Origin: Trypethelium eluteriae
Taxonomy: Eukaryota
DNA: 42,399 nucleotides
Direction: 5' to 3'
NCBI GenBank assembly: GCA_051942245.1
Contig: JAVECL010000017.1
Coordinates: 62,001 to 104,399, forward strand
Below the pieces are notes generated by a model. The model saw nothing but the letters and a program-made list of their open reading frames with translations, had not been told where the DNA came from and made no database searches. Both the position numbers and the translations under genes were made by a program. Shown piece by piece: positions 36,015-42,399 of this stretch. Every line of letters begins with the position of its first letter. Within the stretch, counting starts at the first letter, position 1.

Positions 36015-37236
36015 GTTTATTTCGGGGGGAGCAGACGCTAAACGATGAAAGATGATGAGAGAGAGCAATTGATTGTCTACTGGTCAATTCTCAAGATTTT
36101 CGAAGAGAGAGCGACACCATTGACTTCGTAGAAAGGATCGACATGAAATAGCCATGCCGAACCGACTTCAATTGTGACACCACTTCATGCACCACTATAG
36201 CTCCGAAATAAATGCGTTCGGCTCTGTCCCGGGTGACCGGATATAGCATGGGATAGGTTACCGAGCTTCAGGCCAAGTCTAGATAGGTACCGACGGTATG
36301 TAGATACCTTACAGAGTTAATAATGCGGCTTGGTGCAAATCCCCGCATTTTGCATTTCGTTGGCCGGGGAAGCGCTTTGACCATCTTGTGGCTTGTGTTG
36401 CGACAGCCGATTTTGCTCTCGAGATGCCAAGGACAGCCAGGAGATGGTCTCTCAGAGGAATAAAGGCACAGCGGAAAGTCTGGTCTTCTTAGACGATGCG
36501 GTAATGCAAGCGCGGCTCTAGTATTCAAATTCGGACCCGTTTTCTTGGCTCCGATCGCATTGGGAGAAGCCTATATTTTTTATATTGTGGTTATTGAATT
36601 TTTAAGATGCTGAAAATGACCCAAAGATCTATTTGCCTTGTCCTTGAAATACTCGGCAACAAACGCGATACCGCTGGACTAGTTCAAATCAAATTAAAAC
36701 TAGATCATCGCCTCTAGAGCATGCAAAGCGTACCTTGCTATTGAGTCTGCACGATAGAAAGAGGCGTCAAGGCCTTGACTAAGCATATCGAATCAAGTGT
36801 CGCTCTTCTGGTATCGAACCATAGATCCGTACCAACTAAAGGCATGCTCAGCAATCTCCCCACAGATCTAGCGCCAGTCCGATGTTGAACATCAGGAGAC
36901 CAAAGTGTTTTGGTAGACGTAAAATATCAAGTACGCATGCAATGATTCCTATAGAAAGGCACAGGCGCGAAACTAACTGCAGCTGTGGAACAGGGACACC
37001 AACCGGCCTCTGTGCACCAAGGATGATGAACGCAGCCGGAAACCTCACCTTCGCAGACTCGAGACTCCTCTGCGAAGATCTAGGAAGCACCAGCCTGGTA
37101 CAAAGACCCAAAGGAGCGGAAGAGAAGGATGAGAAAGAATGATTAGAATAGCTACGCAAGTACCGAGTACAGCAATGCCGCTACTTCTTAACATGAGCCG
37201 GTGAACCCCCAACGAAAACCTTGGCCGCCCTCGACA

Positions 37237-38121
37237 CTAAAGAGAATTTGCTGCATCCGTCATTCCCTTCTTCCAGACATTTTCATTATTAGCACCAGCC
37301 GATAGACCCCTTTTCCTGGTTCTGTCCACGTCAACGCCCAATTTCTCTGCCAATGCCACAAAGCCATCCTCGTCCGCCCTCACCCACAGATCCACAAATC
37401 CCTCCCTTTTCGCCTCATCTCTATCCATCGTCTCCTCTTGAGGTCTCTCGACATAGATTGTCTTCAAACCGTTCGACTTGGCCGCTTTCAGATCTCCCAA
37501 ATGTGCCGCTATCATAGCACACTCACCTGGTTGTAGACCTAGCTTCTTCGCAGCGCCAAGGTAGACCTTCGGGGATGGCTTATAGCTATCCCACATGTTG
37601 GAGCTGAAGATGTGCGTCCACTCAAGCTTCCCGTGCTTCGCCAAATCGCGCAGCAGCTCCATATTACCGTTGCTCAGCGTGCACGTCCAATATAGCTTAT
37701 TGAGCTCGCGAATCCCAGAAGGAGCCTCTTTCCAGGGTTCAAGACGGTGCCAGACCAGACTGATGGTCTGAATATCAGTCAAGCGCCAGAGTCCCACAAG
37801 ATCCCAGTCATGAACGAGAGTAAGTAGGGACTCATAGTGATGCTCGTCGATAGTCTTGTACTCGGAGGGAGGGATATCACCACGGGCAATGCCTCGAACG
37901 TATGTCATATAGGAGTTGCGCCACTCCTGGGCAAATCTCCCCCAATCCTCATCTTCAAGATTCGAGGCACGCAGCCGGAGCGCGCTGGCTAGGGACGCTG
38001 AGGCGTCATTTAGAGCCCTGTGCTTCCACTCGATGAGGCTATCCACAACAGTTTTCCGCCAATTGACGCAAGTACCGAAGACGTCGAAGAGGAGGGCGCG
38101 CGGTGGATCGGGGAAAGCCAT
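37237..38121 (-). CDS. HAD-superfamily hydrolase, haloacid dehalogenase type II-like
   Basis: LLFDVFGTCVNWR (motif I), TLSNGN (II), YKPSPKVY (III), MIAAHLGDLKAA (IV). ATG 38121 preferred; an in-frame upstream ATG at 38196 is possible. Confidence 0.92.
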   Translation of the reverse strand: MAFPDPPRALLFDVFGTCVNWRKTVVDSLIEWKHRALNDASASLASALRLRASNLEDEDWGRFAQEWRNSYMTYVRGIARGDIPPSEYKTIDEHHYESLLTLVHDWDLVGLWRLTDIQTISLVWHRLEPWKEAPSGIRELNKLYWTCTLSNGNMELLRDLAKHGKLEWTHIFSSNMWDSYKPSPKVYLGAAKKLGLQPGECAMIAAHLGDLKAAKSNGLKTIYVERPQEETMDRDEAKREGFVDLWVRADEDGFVALAEKLGVDVDRTRKRGLSAGANNENVWKKGMTDAANSL

Positions 38122-39875
38122 CTCAGAGGTGGTCGGTAGAGGAGTGCTTCGGGATGGGAGGGGACAAGGTGACCGAGGATCAAAATGCACATCCATGGCA
38201 ATGACTAATTGCTAGAGTATGTTGGTGGGGTACACGAGTCTCAAGGACAAGACGATTACTTCTAGGTCAGGACATGGTTAGGGCCCGTACAGATCATAAA
38301 GAGCTTAAAAAGGATTGTTCGAGGGACCATTTACCAGTACTTTTTGATATCCTAGGGAGCTCTTATCCACGATCCTTGACTCAATGTTGCTGAGGAGCCC
38401 CGAAACTCGTGAAAACCAAGATATAAACTATTTCCAATGGCCCTGAGACTTCTCACTCCCCGCCAAATAGGGCGTCGACTTGATTGAAAGAAGGTCAATC
38501 AAGCGACTTGCTGAGTATTTCAAGCTTTCACAAGAAAAGCCTGTTCCGAATACAGCCGCCTGGAGTCTGCGTATGATACTTCGAAGTTGCAAAGGTAGAT
38601 GGACTGAATACAGTGATGCCCTTTGCGACATTGAGGATGATAAGAGAGCCGAGTAAGAGCCATGGTCGCAAAGCGATTGCCTTTTAAAAAATAGGAGCCT
38701 TGGTGGAAGCGGCGGCAGACTTTGTTTGCTGATGATGGTGAAAAGTTCGCAATTAATCGGCAGGGACGTGATGACGTAGGTATATGTCGTAGGAGCGAAC
38801 GCATACCTTCGGCGCTGCAAACGCTCCCCGGACGTTCTTGAGAAGTTACGTGAGACTGAGGTATCCTGCAGTACGCTATGCTTTTTCATCTGAAACATAG
38901 AAATTCAGGCTGCTGAGGAATCTAAAAACCAAGGCTGTCTGGCGCAAATACCTCCTGCGTTCATCTAATTAACTCGTGATGAGAAAATCTCTAGCCAGCA
39001 TGTTTCAATGACCAACACGCCCACGCTCATTTAACGCTACTTTTGTTTCGATTCTCGTAAAAATCTGCTTGTGGTTGCCTACGAATATACATCACTTGAT
39101 TTGAATCTTCCCTTGTCATGTATCCCACGCGCATACCGTAGACGAAGGTTATGCCTACCACTCACACGTACTAAATGCCAATATCATGAAAAATAACCCT
39201 TCATCTCGTTGTTCCGCTTCCTGATTGCTAGAATTTCCTACTCCTAATGTCTCCTAAACCTCGTACTCAATTGCAACAGACCTCAAGGTTGAAGTTTCAA
39301 TAACCCCCGGGATGTCTATCGAAATCTTTCTCACGTGGACATGTCGAGCGCGGCAGAAGTTGTGCGAGCAAGTTTCCTCGAAGGACTACCACCAGAGGTA
39401 TACGAACACCACATACTACATAGGCTTCAGCGAAACGATATTTTGAGCCCGAGGCGCTACCTCTTTGGATATTTATGTCGATAACCACCAATTACTAGTA
39501 GGTCCGGGAATCATGCCATTGGATTATCGATACAATTATAACTGGAAGTTCAAGCAACAAGGCCACAATTGGGAACTCCAGAATAAATTATTTCTCATTC
39601 GATCTTTGATGGGCCTCTAAGGACATACTGAAGTGATTGCTGATGACACATTATCCCTTCAGAAGGTAAAGACCGCCAAATGTGAAGACGAAGGGATCTT
39701 ATGGGATTGAATCCTCAAATACTAGACGTAAACATGCTGGACGCGCCGCGCGCAAAAGCACCAATCAACATTATAAGATCCAGCCATAGGTCACAAGACA
39801 AGAGACATATTCAGCACGATGAGTCATAGTAGTATGTTTAATAGAAAGTTGATTGAATTATCCGGTATCAATTCA

Positions 39876-40478
<603 letters not shown>

Positions 40479-41053
40479 TGTGAATGAAGTTGAAGATAGA
40501 AGTGAGTTGGAGGTGAAGTTGAGTGGATAGTTCGATGAGAACTTCGTTTCTGGTTGGTTGGATGGGGAAGCGTGGATGGAGATAGTAGAAGTCTTTTTGT
40601 AGAGGGAGAGGTGATCTATTTGAAGAGGGAAGCGGCGTCCCGCATCAAGCGGCGTCCCGCATCAGGCGGAGCCAGATCATATCCGCCGACTATGCCGGAA
40701 ATGGTATTCGGGGTTAAGCGAGTGATCCCGCACTCCCATTGGCTTGATCCCAGCCGGGCTTGGTGAGGCGAGCGTTGGCCTGCGCTTTCCACTGCAAAGT
40801 CGCAGCGCCCAAACAGCTCTTACGAAGTGCCAGATTCCGACATGTCAAAGTTCTGATTTTCATGCCAAACCGCGCTAACAACCAGAGCAGCGCTGCCTGA
40901 TCACAACTGCCCTCCCACCCTATAAAGGCGCTTCCCCCCGCTTCTGCTGCAATCTTTCCTTCTACATCCACCATCCACTCTCGCCACAACAAATCTACTA
41001 CTTCATCAGCCACAACTCCATTTTCATCGAATACCACAATACAATCATCTGCA
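40479..41053. promoter_or_regulatory. Bidirectional H4/H3 promoter
   Basis: Divergent histone pair. TATAAAGG at 40921; ATTGG (reverse CCAAT) near 40738; 17-bp tandem duplication agcggcgtcccgcatca at 40631-40664. Confidence 0.75.
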
Positions 41054-41695
<642 letters not shown>

Positions 41696-42399
41696 GCGCC
41701 TCGACCATTAGGAAATACTTGACATCTTCGTCTCCCGTCACATAATGACAACGACATCGACCATAGATACCTTTTCAGGTTGGATGTGATGGACCGATGT
41801 GCTTCATGGAGTTTGGGGCCTTTGCTTGTGTATGGGTTGAGGGTTAACTAGGGGAACTGCTCAGGGCTTTTGCTGCCTTTGCTTTACTGGCTTGATGATC
41901 ACAGAAGGATAAACTTTTCATGCATGTATAGTAATCATCATCAGCGGCATGAATTGATGATATCCATTTCAAATATTTGTTGCCTCTCCTAATGACTCCG
42001 CCTTGTAATTTTGTGGCGAGCTGCCATTTGCGACGCGTAAGCTAGAACCATGATGATAGTAAACAATCACGCTATCTCTACGAAGGCCTCATAGCCATTG
42101 GTTTCCGGGCCGCACAGTCTATTCAGCTGCAGCGTATTGCAGCAAATTTGCATGATCGTGTCCAAAACCCCAGAACGCTATCTATCCATCATGCACGCCC
42201 GCAGAAAGCTAGATAATGTTTCATGCCATCTATCCAGTCGAAACGCCAAATCGCACAAGCTTGGGGTCCTGCTGAGAATCCACTTCGCTATTCTCTCGCG
42301 CTTGATATGAGAACCTCTGGGGCACTCACTCGCATCCCCTCGCATACCAGCGCGAGATTCCTCCCTCTCTCAACCCTTCGTAGCAAGCGCAACGCTCCC

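Noticed and set aside
38428..38898. 156-aa minus-strand ORF
   Set aside because: No motifs and atypical composition; probably spurious.

Overview
Eukaryotic DNA from a filamentous ascomycete (Pezizomycotina-type short GT-AG introns, mostly 44-60 nt, with CTRAC branch points). It falls into three parts. (1) 1-6765: the 3' part of a highly reducing type I polyketide synthase (KS-AT linker, AT, DH, C-MeT, ER, KR, ACP); the KS domain lies upstream of the window. (2) About 7000-30300: an accessory, decaying region with two partial tRNA genes, several pseudogenes (a P450, a small membrane protein, two unknowns), a NACHT/NLR-like gene with a degenerate P-loop, a DUF6594-like membrane protein, two retropepsin-like genes with altered catalytic motifs, a MITE-like element and a 788-aa orphan. 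(3) About 31300-41700: a housekeeping block (eIF3e, mitochondrial ribosomal mL49/Img2, propionyl/acyl-CoA synthetase, HAD hydrolase, divergent histone H4/H3). The most striking observation is a tRNA-Ile(AAT)-like sequence on the minus strand (10507-10601) interrupted between the D-arm and anticodon stem by a 48-nt insertion with canonical spliceosomal signals (GTAAGT...CTAAC...TAG). Its T-arm and 3' acceptor strand could not be found. All family assignments are from motif recognition by eye, not database searches.
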